A program made the position numbers and the translations under genes. The notes beneath the pieces were generated by a model, which saw only the letters and a program-made list of their open reading frames with translations, searched no databases and was not told the DNA's origin. This document shows positions 30,113 through 40,352 of a stretch of DNA of 64,000 nucleotides, one piece after another. This DNA is from an uncultured bacterium (GTDB lineage: Bacteria; Desulfobacterota_D; UBA1144; Nemesobacterales; UBA2774): contig CAVPJU010000006.1 in the NCBI GenBank assembly GCA_963705505.1, positions 416,001 through 480,000 on the forward strand, given 5' to 3'. Within the stretch, counting starts at the first letter, position 1. Every line of letters begins with the position of its first letter.

Positions 30113-31519
30113 TTAGAAATTAGCCTGAAGCTGCGCCCTGACCACATTCGCATCCACATTGGGCGCGTCTTGAGTAAACTCGTTTCTCTGAAACGTGTAG
30201 CTGACCATGACTTTCCACCGATGGTCATGCGAAATGTAATAGTTTAGTTCCGGTGTCAGCTCCCACTGTACATCGGGCTCGCTCGTATCGGGTGGTACGA
30301 CGCTTGAACCCGTATCGTAGCCTATCCAGGCATACCTTGCCGCGAGCTCCACTGTCTTAGGCATTAAGAATACGCCCGCCTGTACCCTGAACCCCTGGTC
30401 GTATGCCGTGCTCTGGCCGGTGTCAGGATTAAGCCATCTGCCGTCATACTCCGCCTCAACGTTGAAGTACTTCATTTTGAAGTTTATGTCACCCGTAATC
30501 TGCGTGAAGTCCGTCGTCTGGAACCCAAGCTGGCTGATCCTCGGGCAAACTCCGCCGTTCGGTATATTCCTGTCGCAATTAAGTCCCGGTATGGCAGCCG
30601 CGCCAAAACCTACTACGAAGGTTGGATTTTTCGCAAAATTGGGAACTATGTCGTATGCTTTTGCGGTGGCAAAAGTGCCGTTCGAATTAAACTTATAGTC
30701 ATCGTCTCCCGCCAAGCCCAGCTGAATCCTGCCGACATAGAGCAAGTTCGAGTCGATGTTTGTAACGCCTTTTGAACTGTTGTTCCCCTGCGAATTAAAC
30801 ACACCGGCGCTGTATGAAAAGTTACTGTTCGCTCCGATGCCGCCCATCAATGCCGCGCCCCGCGTCCTCTCAAGAGAGAACTGCGCATTGACTATGGACC
30901 TTTCGATTATCTGCAGCGCCGCAGTAGAAGTTAGCTCTTCCCTGTTGAAAGGGACCTTCCACTGTCCCACCCTGGGCCCGATCTCCTTCTGATACGCCGC
31001 AGTCAGATAAGCGTCCTTGAGGAGAGTGCTGCTGGCAGGGTCTATCATGAACGTATAATAGAACCAGGGCGCGAAAGCATACCCGTCCCACTTCAGCTCG
31101 AGTCTCCGAATTTGGAAATTGGTCTGCGTAAGCTTTTTATCGGTATCATTTACAAAGAGCTGGATCTGAGCCAAAGTGCTGAATTTCATCTTGAACTTAA
31201 ATCCTTTGTCGTCCGCCGACTCGAAAACAAAACCTTTATCATACTTACCTAAAAACTTGTTATACCATGCCTCCTCATCAACTGTCGCCTGCTTCGTCGC
31301 CACTTCGGCTATCTTCTCCTGATCAGCCTGTCTGGCATTTTCCAACAGCTCAATCTGCTGTTTGAGTTGTTGTATCTGCTGCTGGTTCTGGAGTTGAATG
31401 GCCTCGATCTGCTGTTTTAAATCCTGTATTTGCTGTTTAGTCGATTGCGCCTTCGCGGTGATGCCGGAAAGGGGCAGGACTAAAACTGCAATCAATAGCA
31501 GTTTCAGTAACGTCTTCAT
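30113..31519 (-). CDS. Phosphate-selective porin (OprO/OprP-like)
   Basis: Signal peptide, N-terminal coiled coil, F.IRR..L...G, GQWKVPF.RE.L.S, C-terminal QLQANF; divergent from phoB/phoR. Confidence 0.85.
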   Translation of the reverse strand: MKTLLKLLLIAVLVLPLSGITAKAQSTKQQIQDLKQQIEAIQLQNQQQIQQLKQQIELLENARQADQEKIAEVATKQATVDEEAWYNKFLGKYDKGFVFESADDKGFKFKMKFSTLAQIQLFVNDTDKKLTQTNFQIRRLELKWDGYAFAPWFYYTFMIDPASSTLLKDAYLTAAYQKEIGPRVGQWKVPFNREELTSTAALQIIERSIVNAQFSLERTRGAALMGGIGANSNFSYSAGVFNSQGNNSSKGVTNIDSNLLYVGRIQLGLAGDDDYKFNSNGTFATAKAYDIVPNFAKNPTFVVGFGAAAIPGLNCDRNIPNGGVCPRISQLGFQTTDFTQITGDINFKMKYFNVEAEYDGRWLNPDTGQSTAYDQGFRVQAGVFLMPKTVELAARYAWIGYDTGSSVVPPDTSEPDVQWELTPELNYYISHDHRWKVMVSYTFQRNEFTQDAPNVDANVVRAQLQANF

Positions 31520-31570
31520 CTCTCGACTTCCTCCTTTTAAAGAATTTGGAGAAGATAATAGAGAGATATC

Positions 31571-31609
31571 ATTAATTTGATGTGAAATTAATGTTAAGAT
31601 ACGGTTAAG
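31571..31609 (-). promoter_or_regulatory. Putative Pho box array upstream of the porin
   Basis: Minus strand CTTAACCGTAT CTTAACATTAA TTTCACATCAA ATTAAT: four units at 11-bp period. Confidence 0.75.
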
Positions 31610-31693
31610 GGGGGTTCGGCATTATTGCATGTAGAGACTTATCGTTTAATCTAATGATATGGTTTCCTTTATACTTAGAATAGGTTAGGTGAT

Positions 31694-32383
31694 ATGACTG
31701 AAAAATTGATCACAATAGTAGACGATGAAGAAGACATCGTTAAGCTCGTAAGCCACCACCTGAAAAGAGAGGGGTTCAAGGTAAAGGAGTTCCACAACGG
31801 GAGGGACTTCCTATCCTACATAGAATCCGTGGTTCCCGACCTTGCAGTGCTCGACATCATGCTCCCCGGAATAGACGGGCTTGAGATTTGCAGAATACTC
31901 AAAAACAAGTCGACGACTTCTTCCGTGCCCATCATTATGCTGACGGCCAAAGCCTCTGAAGCGGACGTGGTCGTAGGGCTTGAGCTCGGGGCCGACGACT
32001 ATATCGTAAAACCGTTCAGCCCCCGCGAGCTCGTAGCCAGGGTAAAGACGGTGTTAAGGAGAACCGGGGCCAAAGAATCGGACGATAATATAATAAAGAT
32101 CGGCCCGCTGACCATAAACACCGAAAAATACGAGGTCTCGGTGGATAACGATAAAATCCTCCTCACGACGACCGAGTTCAAGATACTCGAAGTGCTCGCC
32201 GACGGTAAGGGCAGGGTATTTACAAGGGATCAGCTCTTGAAAAAGAAACGGCTTTGGGGTGATGATAAACTTGTCTATGACAGAACTATCGACGTCCACA
32301 TCAAGAATCTCCGGGAGAAGCTGGGAACAGCAGGGAATATGATTAAAACAGTCAGAAGCATAGGTTATAAATTAGAAGAGTAG
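31694..32383 (+). CDS. phoB: OmpR-family response regulator, PhoB-like
   Basis: VDDE, LDIMLPG.DG, MLTAK, GADDY..KPFS.REL, RTIDVHI..LR.KL; context next to phoR and porin. Confidence 0.85.
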   Translation: MTEKLITIVDDEEDIVKLVSHHLKREGFKVKEFHNGRDFLSYIESVVPDLAVLDIMLPGIDGLEICRILKNKSTTSSVPIIMLTAKASEADVVVGLELGADDYIVKPFSPRELVARVKTVLRRTGAKESDDNIIKIGPLTINTEKYEVSVDNDKILLTTTEFKILEVLADGKGRVFTRDQLLKKKRLWGDDKLVYDRTIDVHIKNLREKLGTAGNMIKTVRSIGYKLEE

Positions 32384-32390
32384 GTAACTG

Positions 32391-34160
32391 TTGAGCATAT
32401 TTTGGAAGCAGTTCATTTCCAGTTTTCTGATAATATTCCTCGTATTGTTTCTGTTCACTTTCCTCGTCATAGGTGAATTAAAAGATTACGATAAATCACT
32501 CACCAAAGACAGGCTTCTGACCACCGCCAACCTCGTGAGCGAGGTCCTGAAACATCCTATAGACCAAGGTAATCCGGCAGAAATACAGCAACTGGTATCG
32601 GAGCTCGGTGAGAAGACAGGGGTCAGGGTCACTGTAATCGCACGCGACGGCAGAGTTCTGGGCGATTCCACCAGGAACCCCGCGGAAATGGAAAACCACT
32701 CGGACAGGCCCGAGATAAGGGAAGCCATATCGAACGACATCGGCGAGAGCAGCCGATACAGCGAGACCCTTCAAAAGCAGATGTCCTATGTAGCCGTCCC
32801 GTACAGGGACGGCAGCGGCCAGATAAGGGCCGTCATACGGACTTCGCTCCCCCTGAGCTCGCTTGAAAACGCGATCCACCCGATCGAAAAGAAAGTCATC
32901 TACCTGGGAACGGCTCTTACAGTGCTTGCGATATTCCTCTCTCTCGCGCTCTCGAAAACGATAACCATATCGCTCAGGGGGATTATGAATATTTCCGAAG
33001 AGCTCGCAAAAGGGAACCTCAACGTGAGCATTCCCGTGGCGGGCAGGAAAAATGAACTTTCCACGATCTCGGCAGCGCTCAACCGCATGGCTCAAAAATT
33101 AAACGAGCTGTTCAAGCAGTTGTCGAGGGAAAAGAACCAGCTCGAAGCCGTGCTCAGCGCCATGAGCGAAGGCGTAATGGTCGTATCCCATGAAGGCAGG
33201 GTGATCATCATTAATAACGCCTTAAAAAAGATGTTCAACCTGAAGGAGGACCCGACACGTAAACCCTACTGGGAGATATTGAGAAACAGGGAATTGACCA
33301 AACTGGTGGAAAGCGTGCTTGAGAACTGGATGCCCGACAGCCGGGAGATATTCTATCTCTATCCGGACGAAAAGTATTATTTCGTAAACGTCATTCCGCT
33401 CGATTCCCCGGATAAAGAGCTCATAGTGGTAATGTTCGACATCACCGACTTCAAAAGGCTCGAAAAGATAAAAGCGGATTTCATAGCCAATGTTTCGCAC
33501 GAACTGAGGACACCGCTTACCGCTATCATGGGGTATACCGAGACGCTCGAGGAAGAGGCTTATGAGAGCCCGGAGGACCAGAAGCACTTTTTAAGGATAA
33601 TAAAGCGCCACACGGACAGGCTCATAAACATTGTATCGGACCTGCTCGTTTTGTCGGAGGTCGAAAGCAGGGACTCTCTTTCGAAAGAGAATTCCGCAAA
33701 CGACCTCGAGGAAATCGACATAAACGAAGTTATTAAATCCTCTCTCGAAGCGCTCCGATCGAAAGCCGCGGAAAAGGAGCTCGAGGTGTCGTTCGAGGCC
33801 GCCAAAGACGTCTATAGAGTCAAAGCGAACAGATTCCTTCTCGAGCAGATGTTCATCAATTTGATAGACAACGCCGTAAAGTACACACCGGAAAACGGGA
33901 AGATCCGCATCAGGGTCTCAAACTCGGACTCTCAGGTACTGACCGAGATAGCGGATACGGGCATAGGGATACCGAAAGAGCACCTGCCCAGGATATTCGA
34001 GCGGTTTTACAGGGTCGACAAAACACGCTCGAGAAACCTCGGGGGCACAGGACTCGGACTCAGCATAGTCAAACATGTAGTGATAATGCACGGCGGTAAA
34101 ATAGAGGTCCAGAGCGAAGAGGGGAAGGGGAGTAAATTCAGTATAACCATCCCTCAGTAG
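32391..34160 (+). CDS. phoR: Sensor histidine kinase, PhoR-like (TM, HAMP, PAS, HisKA, HATPase)
   Basis: MENHSDRPEI, DF.ANVSHELRTPLT, NLIDNAVKY, RIFERFYRVDK.RSR..GGTGLGLSIVKH. Confidence 0.88.
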   Translation: MSIFWKQFISSFLIIFLVLFLFTFLVIGELKDYDKSLTKDRLLTTANLVSEVLKHPIDQGNPAEIQQLVSELGEKTGVRVTVIARDGRVLGDSTRNPAEMENHSDRPEIREAISNDIGESSRYSETLQKQMSYVAVPYRDGSGQIRAVIRTSLPLSSLENAIHPIEKKVIYLGTALTVLAIFLSLALSKTITISLRGIMNISEELAKGNLNVSIPVAGRKNELSTISAALNRMAQKLNELFKQLSREKNQLEAVLSAMSEGVMVVSHEGRVIIINNALKKMFNLKEDPTRKPYWEILRNRELTKLVESVLENWMPDSREIFYLYPDEKYYFVNVIPLDSPDKELIVVMFDITDFKRLEKIKADFIANVSHELRTPLTAIMGYTETLEEEAYESPEDQKHFLRIIKRHTDRLINIVSDLLVLSEVESRDSLSKENSANDLEEIDINEVIKSSLEALRSKAAEKELEVSFEAAKDVYRVKANRFLLEQMFINLIDNAVKYTPENGKIRIRVSNSDSQVLTEIADTGIGIPKEHLPRIFERFYRVDKTRSRNLGGTGLGLSIVKHVVIMHGGKIEVQSEEGKGSKFSITIPQ

Positions 34161-34314
34161 AAATAAGCCCTATGCCGGGCCGGGAAAATTCTTAATACAT
34201 CGGAAAATAGCGGAGCGGCCCCGGACTCGCAGAAAGTCAAAATCCCCTCAAATTCTCTTCATAAACGCGCCGGTTAAATCTTCCGGGGCCGGGAACGTGG
34301 TATATGTGGACAAA

Positions 34315-35400
34315 TCAGGCGTTTCTGCCTATGGGGTAAGATCCGAGCACCTTCATATAAACACAATTTTTAGCGACCCTATCCAGGAGGCTCTTAATCG
34401 CCTTATCCTCTCTGTGCCCCTTAAAATCGACAAAAAACAGATATTCCCAGGGCCTTTCCTTGGACGGCCTGGATTCGATTTTAGTGAGATTCACCCGGGC
34501 CTCGGCAAAGGGCTGAAAAAAGGATTTTTGCAGCTCGCCGGGCTTATCCTTAAGCGAGAAAACGATCGATGTCCTGTCGTCCCCCGAGGGGCCGCTCATG
34601 CGGCTGCCTATCACAAAAAATCTGGTCGTGTTCCATGAATTATCCTCGATGTTCTTCTCGAGGATCTTCAATTTATAGATCGAAGCCGAATGCTCACTCG
34701 CCACTGCCGCAATCCCTTTATTCCGGGATGCGAGCCTCGCTGCGGCGGCGGTGCTTGCGGTTTCACGGACTTTCGCGTTCGCGAGATTCTTGTTCAGCCA
34801 CTTTTTACACTGAGCAAGGGGCTGAGGGTGGGAAGCGATAACTCTGATATCCTTGAGCGATCCGGTTTTAGAGAGGAGGAAGAGATTAATTTTTTCGAAG
34901 AGCTCGGCCGAGACGGTGAGGTTCGAGCGGGAAAGCAGGTCGAGTACCACGCCGATCGAGCCTTCGATGGAGTTCTCGACCGGAACCACTCCGAAAGAGG
35001 CCCTTCCGTTCTCAACTTCCTCAAATACCTCAGCGAAGCTCCCGACAGGCAGGAGCCCCGCGGAGCCTCCGAACTCGTGAAAGGCCGCCTGGTGCGAAAA
35101 GCTTCCTTCCGGACCGAGGAACGCCACTTTGAGCGGGTGCTGAAGGGCCCGGCAACCGGAAATAATCTCACGGTAGATATTCAGCACGGAGTCGTCGGAG
35201 AGGGGGCCCGGGTTTATTTCCCTGAGCCTTTTTTCGATCTGACCCTCCCTTACCGGGTCGTATACGCCGACGTGATTTTCTTTCTTGAGCTCCCTGATTT
35301 TGAGCACAACCTCACCGCGCCTGTTCAATAAATCGAGTATCTCGCGGTCGAGTTCGTCTATTTTTTTTCTGAGATTCGTTAGGTTGTCCGAGGAGCCCAT
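34315..35400 (-). CDS. pheA: Chorismate mutase/prephenate dehydratase (P-protein)
   Basis: LRKKIDELD..I, FLGPEGSFS, VPVENSIEG, SHPQ..AQC, NTTRF, LTKIESRP. Confidence 0.95.
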   Translation of the reverse strand: MGSSDNLTNLRKKIDELDREILDLLNRRGEVVLKIRELKKENHVGVYDPVREGQIEKRLREINPGPLSDDSVLNIYREIISGCRALQHPLKVAFLGPEGSFSHQAAFHEFGGSAGLLPVGSFAEVFEEVENGRASFGVVPVENSIEGSIGVVLDLLSRSNLTVSAELFEKINLFLLSKTGSLKDIRVIASHPQPLAQCKKWLNKNLANAKVRETASTAAAARLASRNKGIAAVASEHSASIYKLKILEKNIEDNSWNTTRFFVIGSRMSGPSGDDRTSIVFSLKDKPGELQKSFFQPFAEARVNLTKIESRPSKERPWEYLFFVDFKGHREDKAIKSLLDRVAKNCVYMKVLGSYPIGRNA

Positions 35401-35522
35401 TATTTATTATTCGAAGTGATTTAAGGACAATGATAGCAACAGGGAAAATATATGTCAAATTGGCCCGGGCGGCCCCGGAACTATACGTCAAGAGCATAAA
35501 ACCGGCACACAATACAAAGCCT

Positions 35523-36044
35523 TCACAACTCCCTCTGCACCACGTCCGACTCAATCAGAGCCGCTTTCCCAATCACCGATTTTTTCACGAAAATAGGTGC
35601 ATTCATCCTCGACGCAAGCGCTATCGCATCGCTCGGGCGGGCGTCTATCTTCGATACCCTGCCGTTTACCGACATTATCACCTGAGCGTAAAAAACCTGG
35701 TCGCGAAGATCCGTTATAACGATCCTTTTTACCTCCGCATTCATCGTCCTCACGATCGCGGCAACCAGGTCGTACGTGAGCGGCCGGGGCGGTACTATTC
35801 CGGAAAGCCCTATCTCTATAGACCGTGCCTCACACAACCCGATCCATATCGGAAGAACATTCCCATTTTTTTTATCCGTAAGCAGAACGACAGGCGTTTG
35901 GGCTGCCTGGTCGAACCCGAGGCCCGTGATTACCATCTCCTGCTCAGGGTCCTCGTTCTTCTTTTCAACACCGAGCGTCACGGAAACGGCAAAAAATGCG
36001 AAAATACTCAAAGCCATCCCTATAAAATTGACCCTGCTGCCCAT
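35523..36044 (-). CDS. Bifunctional nuclease family (DUF151) protein
   Basis: LPIWIG..EA, RPLTYDL, IDARPSDAIALA. Confidence 0.9.
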   Translation of the reverse strand: MGSRVNFIGMALSIFAFFAVSVTLGVEKKNEDPEQEMVITGLGFDQAAQTPVVLLTDKKNGNVLPIWIGLCEARSIEIGLSGIVPPRPLTYDLVAAIVRTMNAEVKRIVITDLRDQVFYAQVIMSVNGRVSKIDARPSDAIALASRMNAPIFVKKSVIGKAALIESDVVQREL

Positions 36045-36154
36045 AACGAATGCCTCCCGGGAGTAGAATATCACAAACCCGGGTGAATCAGTACAGGATT
36101 GCTTCAGGAGATGAGATTGAAAACGTGCAAGCGGGGAAATCGGCTTACGGGACG

Positions 36155-36424
36155 TTATTTTTCGCCGATCATATAACGGCAGCCCTCGGGGCCGATCTTC
36201 GCGGAATGAACCGTGCCCGCGGGAACGTCGAACCTCTCTCCGGGACCGTAAGTCGCCGTGTTTCCCTCCGAGGTCACGGTTATTCGACCCTCGAGTACTA
36301 TATGTGCGGTTATTCCCCTATGGGTATGCTCGGGGTAAAAAGCGTAGGGGCTGTCTCTGTGGACGAATATTCCTGAAAACCCTTCCGCGCGGAGCTCCTT
36401 CTCAAAGTCTTTTTCGCTCTTCAT
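36155..36424 (-). CDS. Cupin domain protein
   Basis: HTH...H.VLEG and PG.RF.VPAGTVHSA. Confidence 0.85.
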   Translation of the reverse strand: MKSEKDFEKELRAEGFSGIFVHRDSPYAFYPEHTHRGITAHIVLEGRITVTSEGNTATYGPGERFDVPAGTVHSAKIGPEGCRYMIGEK

Positions 36425-36475
36425 ATTTCACTGAAAGTTTCTCGGAGAATGCAGCTATAAAAGATTAGAGACGGA

Positions 36476-37372
36476 TCAAAACCTTGTTATTGATCCCTTT
36501 TCGAACCTCGGGTTCTTGACCGTGCCCAAGATTTTACCGCCCAGGCTGCCGTCCCTCTGAGTTACCAGATACGGGGCTAAAAGCCCCTTGTACTTCGCCA
36601 TCTGGTCCCCCTTTATCTGCAGCCTGTACCCCAGATCTATAACTCCACCTTTAGGAATTTCCCAGAGGAGCGGGGCATTGCCGGTTATCTCCAGGTCGAT
36701 GTCTTTCCCGGTCACATTAAATTCCTCTATGTTTGTCCTCTTTCCGTCGATATTCCCTTTGAAAACCGACTTCAAATCAGTGAAGCTCGGGAGACTGAAC
36801 CCCTTAACTTTTATGTTCTTTATATTCAGCTGATTTATCTCGAACTGGAAGTCACCCTTGGGCTCGCGTCCCATCTGAATATTAACCCTCCCGTCCACCA
36901 CGCCGCCCAGGGCGAATAACTCACCGCTCTCAGGGGACAACAGAGAGGGGATCGAATCGATCTTCAGATGCCTCACAGTCGCTTCTACGCCACTGAGGCG
37001 CGATTCCGCTTTGATTAAACTGAGGCTCCCTTCTATCTCACCGTTCAGGAGCTCGGCCTTAAACGGAAATTTCGGGTTATCCGAAAAGACTGCGAGGACA
37101 GAAGGCCTTATGCTTAAGCTATCCAGCTCGAGGTAACGGTCCTTTGACTTATACAGCTTAACGCCTTCGAGGTTTATGCTTAATAGGGGAGAAATGCTCG
37201 CCTTCTCTACATCCGCCTTAAAGGGGGTGTTGTTCTCGATCTCGGCTATTATACGTTTTTTTATCAGTTCGCCGGGGAATGTTATAAATAGAAATAGAGA
37301 GAACACTATTAAGAAAAATATAGTATATGACAACGGTTTAATGTGTTTGTATTTCGTGAACCTTTCTTTCAA
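36476..37372 (-). CDS. gspN: Type II secretion system protein N (deltaproteobacterial type)
   Basis: N-terminal TM ending TFP, beta-rich periplasmic body ending G...P; follows gspL and gspM. Confidence 0.7.
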   Translation of the reverse strand: MKERFTKYKHIKPLSYTIFFLIVFSLFLFITFPGELIKKRIIAEIENNTPFKADVEKASISPLLSINLEGVKLYKSKDRYLELDSLSIRPSVLAVFSDNPKFPFKAELLNGEIEGSLSLIKAESRLSGVEATVRHLKIDSIPSLLSPESGELFALGGVVDGRVNIQMGREPKGDFQFEINQLNIKNIKVKGFSLPSFTDLKSVFKGNIDGKRTNIEEFNVTGKDIDLEITGNAPLLWEIPKGGVIDLGYRLQIKGDQMAKYKGLLAPYLVTQRDGSLGGKILGTVKNPRFEKGSITRF

Positions 37373-37373
37373 A

Positions 37374-37973
37374 TCAGCTTAACTCCCTGAACTTGAAGGT
37401 CGACACGCGGAGCTTAACAGTCATGGAATCCGACTTGTTGAACTTCGTGCTTATATTCAAGTTCGACACCTTGAGAAATGAAGACGTATTTTGAATCTTA
37501 TATAAAATGTCGACTAGGTCTTTGAGCGATAAATCCTTCAACTCGACATCGATGCTGCTCTCTTCATAAAAATCCTCGGACTCGGAGGTTTTTAAATTAA
37601 CATCCTTTATCGAAAAGTTCTTTCTGTCTATATTCTCATCCAGAAGTATACGTTCAACAACGGAAATAAGGGGCTCGTTCTCCTCCTTCATCTTACTTGA
37701 GAGCTCGGCTATTCTTTTTTTCGAATCTTCGTATTCATTCTGGAGATTCTCTATCCTGCCGAGCTCCGCCTCAAGCTGTTTCACCTGCTTCTCGAGATGC
37801 TCGGTCCCGGAAGAGAAGGAATGGAAAATCATGTATACAATCAGGAGACATAAACCCGCTCCGCCGATTTTAATGGCCCTTTTGTCCCTGTCCGATGAAG
37901 AAAGACGGGTAAACCTTTCACGCAGTTCCCTGAAAGCCTTTCTTGTATTTTCGATCGACGTATTCACGTCCAT
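37374..37973 (-). CDS. gspM: Type II secretion system protein M
   Basis: LS..DK then TM, coiled coil, ferredoxin-like C-terminus (L.L..LV..L..I). Confidence 0.7.
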   Translation of the reverse strand: MDVNTSIENTRKAFRELRERFTRLSSSDRDKRAIKIGGAGLCLLIVYMIFHSFSSGTEHLEKQVKQLEAELGRIENLQNEYEDSKKRIAELSSKMKEENEPLISVVERILLDENIDRKNFSIKDVNLKTSESEDFYEESSIDVELKDLSLKDLVDILYKIQNTSSFLKVSNLNISTKFNKSDSMTVKLRVSTFKFRELS

Positions 37974-37974
37974 A

Positions 37975-39477
37975 TCAGACTTCCGACCTCAATACGAGGG
38001 ATAACTCGAACTTCGTCTTGCCGTCAACAGTATTACCCGTTTGGTCCCTTGTTACCGACTCGAATATTTTAGATTTGGAAAGGGCGTCTTCGATTTCCGT
38101 GACTTCCTGGTATGAATCGCAGACTCCCTGAATCTTCAGCTTTTTATCGCTCTCGAATTTTATATCGTTTACGACTAATTTCATGCTCTCAGGCAGGCTG
38201 CTGGATATATTCCTCAGGACTTCAAGAGGGGTGCTTGCGCCCTCTACGCCCTCGATCAGATTGAGTTTTTCCCTCAGTTTCGAAACCTCCGAATCCATGA
38301 ACTCGACCGGCCTAGGTATTACTTTTTCATTCGGGAAAGTATCCTTCACTACCTGCGTAATCTGCCCTTCGAGACTGTTCACTTCCTTTTTCAGCTCAAA
38401 ATACCTGGATGCGCCGTTGTAGAGGAAAAGTATAAGCAGTAATGCAAAGAGTATGGCCGGGGCCATAAAGACCTTTCTCAATTCACGGTCCGCGCCCGAG
38501 TACTTGAACTCCTCCTTCCTGTAATTGAGGTATCCGCTCTTAAACGAGCTGCCGTAGAGGGCGAGCGCATAAGACCTCGCGTACAAGAGGGAGTTATCCG
38601 CGCCGAGGTCGGGGATAAACAGTTTTTTCACTTCCCTCCCGAATTCCTGCTTAAAAATATCGGTTATGCCCGGCGTTTGAGAAATGACGCCCGAAATCAG
38701 TATCGTCTTTATCGAATCCTTTAGCTCTATCTCAAAAAAATGCAGTGTCTTTTTTATCTCGCTTATCACGGGCGAAAGACAGCTCTTTAAATGCTCGCTC
38801 CCCGCACCTGCAAGCTCCTCCTTGGAAAACCCGAAATCATCGACAGGGGCCCCGGTGTATCCGCACAGATTCTCGACGAATGACTCGACAGGTTTTTTCG
38901 ACGACCGGGCCCGTTTTATTCCGTTCTCATCGAACAGGGTAAAACTCAAATCCCCTTCCCCTATGTCGACCAGCATAAGCGGCCTTGGACCCTCAATCAC
39001 CTCATTTAAGGCTCCGAATGCCAGAGGGGTATAGGTCATTACCTTGGGATCAATGCCCGCTTTATTGAAAAAACCCAGGAGGGACCCTACGTCCTCTTTT
39101 TCGAAGACGCATACGAGCGCCTCGCTCCCGCTTTCGTTCTTGACCAGATGGTAGCCATGGATCTTCTCCCGAGGGTCGAATGTGGATATGTTCTCGAGCT
39201 CAAAGCCGTATATCTGGTCTATCTTTTTCGGATCGGAGAACGGGAACTTTATTACCCTTACGGAAATGGGGTCCTCGGGGAGGGAAACGGCGATATCGCC
39301 TTTGGGTAAAGAGTATTCCCTGAATACGTTGTTTAAGGATTCGGACGAGCCCTCAGCGAATTCAGATGACTTCGTCCTTATCGTCTGAAGCAGCTGGACA
39401 TCTCTTAAGCCTCTTTTAATTAAGGATATCCTTACGTCTTTCCTACCTAAATCGAGCCCTATGAATCTTCCGTACAT
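37975..39477 (-). CDS. gspL: Type II secretion system protein L (PilM-like actin fold + TM + PilN-like domain)
   Basis: IGLDLG, VDIG, ILISG actin-like motifs; LNYRK..F before the TM; C-terminal periplasmic domain. Confidence 0.75.
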   Translation of the reverse strand: MYGRFIGLDLGRKDVRISLIKRGLRDVQLLQTIRTKSSEFAEGSSESLNNVFREYSLPKGDIAVSLPEDPISVRVIKFPFSDPKKIDQIYGFELENISTFDPREKIHGYHLVKNESGSEALVCVFEKEDVGSLLGFFNKAGIDPKVMTYTPLAFGALNEVIEGPRPLMLVDIGEGDLSFTLFDENGIKRARSSKKPVESFVENLCGYTGAPVDDFGFSKEELAGAGSEHLKSCLSPVISEIKKTLHFFEIELKDSIKTILISGVISQTPGITDIFKQEFGREVKKLFIPDLGADNSLLYARSYALALYGSSFKSGYLNYRKEEFKYSGADRELRKVFMAPAILFALLLILFLYNGASRYFELKKEVNSLEGQITQVVKDTFPNEKVIPRPVEFMDSEVSKLREKLNLIEGVEGASTPLEVLRNISSSLPESMKLVVNDIKFESDKKLKIQGVCDSYQEVTEIEDALSKSKIFESVTRDQTGNTVDGKTKFELSLVLRSEV

Positions 39478-39544
39478 TTTTAAGTAATTTACTTAATCTA
39501 ACCCTGTAAATCTAAAGTAAAGCCCCTTTAAAGTCAAATAAATC

Positions 39545-40288
39545 TTACATCCCCTTCGCTCTCGAAAGTGTGAATACGGAAACCCGGGACGCGCCCGATT
39601 TGAGGATTACACGGGCACATTCGTCACACGTAGATCCGGTAGTAAACACATCATCGACAAGTAATACGGATCTATTCTTAAACCTATCGGGAAAGGCGGC
39701 CGAAAAGGCTCCCCTAACGTTCCTTCTTCTCTCGTCCTCGTTTCTGAATTCAAACTGGGGACGCGTATCCCTTGTCTTTTTTAAAGCGAGAAAGTCGCAT
39801 TTAACACCCGCGCTGCGCGCCAAATTATACGCGAGCACCGCAGACTGATTGTACTCCCTCTGTCTCAGCTTGCTGATGTGCATCGGCACAGGCACGACCA
39901 GATCGAAGCTGCCGGGAACATTATGAAAATTTTCAATCATCAGAGCCGAGAAGACTCTCTCGAGGCCGAGCCTGCCCTCGTATTTGAATTCATGAATCAT
40001 GTCTCTTATCTTACCGTCATAAAGCAGGACTGAACGAGCCGCATCAAACCTGAACGCACCTCTTAAACACCTGCCGCAGAGATGGCCTTCTTGGACGCGG
40101 GAAGGGGCTTCTTCCCCGCTTTCATAATCTTCATCGCTGAAGAATCCGAAAGGAGTCCCGCATCTGATACATGAGGTAAATTCACTTATAAACTTAGCTT
40201 CGGAAAGACACTCAACGCATACCGATTCTTCTCCCCCTAACGGGCGGTCACACCTGGAGCAGACATTCGGAAATATCAGGTCGAGCAT
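39545..40288 (-). CDS. comF: ComF family amidophosphoribosyltransferase-like competence protein
   Basis: Double zinc ribbon, VPVP.H..K.RQR.YNQ, RRRNVRGAF, LLVDDVFTTGST. Confidence 0.93.
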   Translation of the reverse strand: MLDLIFPNVCSRCDRPLGGEESVCVECLSEAKFISEFTSCIRCGTPFGFFSDEDYESGEEAPSRVQEGHLCGRCLRGAFRFDAARSVLLYDGKIRDMIHEFKYEGRLGLERVFSALMIENFHNVPGSFDLVVPVPMHISKLRQREYNQSAVLAYNLARSAGVKCDFLALKKTRDTRPQFEFRNEDERRRNVRGAFSAAFPDRFKNRSVLLVDDVFTTGSTCDECARVILKSGASRVSVFTLSRAKGM

Positions 40289-40352
40289 TTATGCGGGCTT
40301 AAAAATTTAATAAACAGACGGTTCTTTGGTTTCGAGGATATGTACGGGAGAG

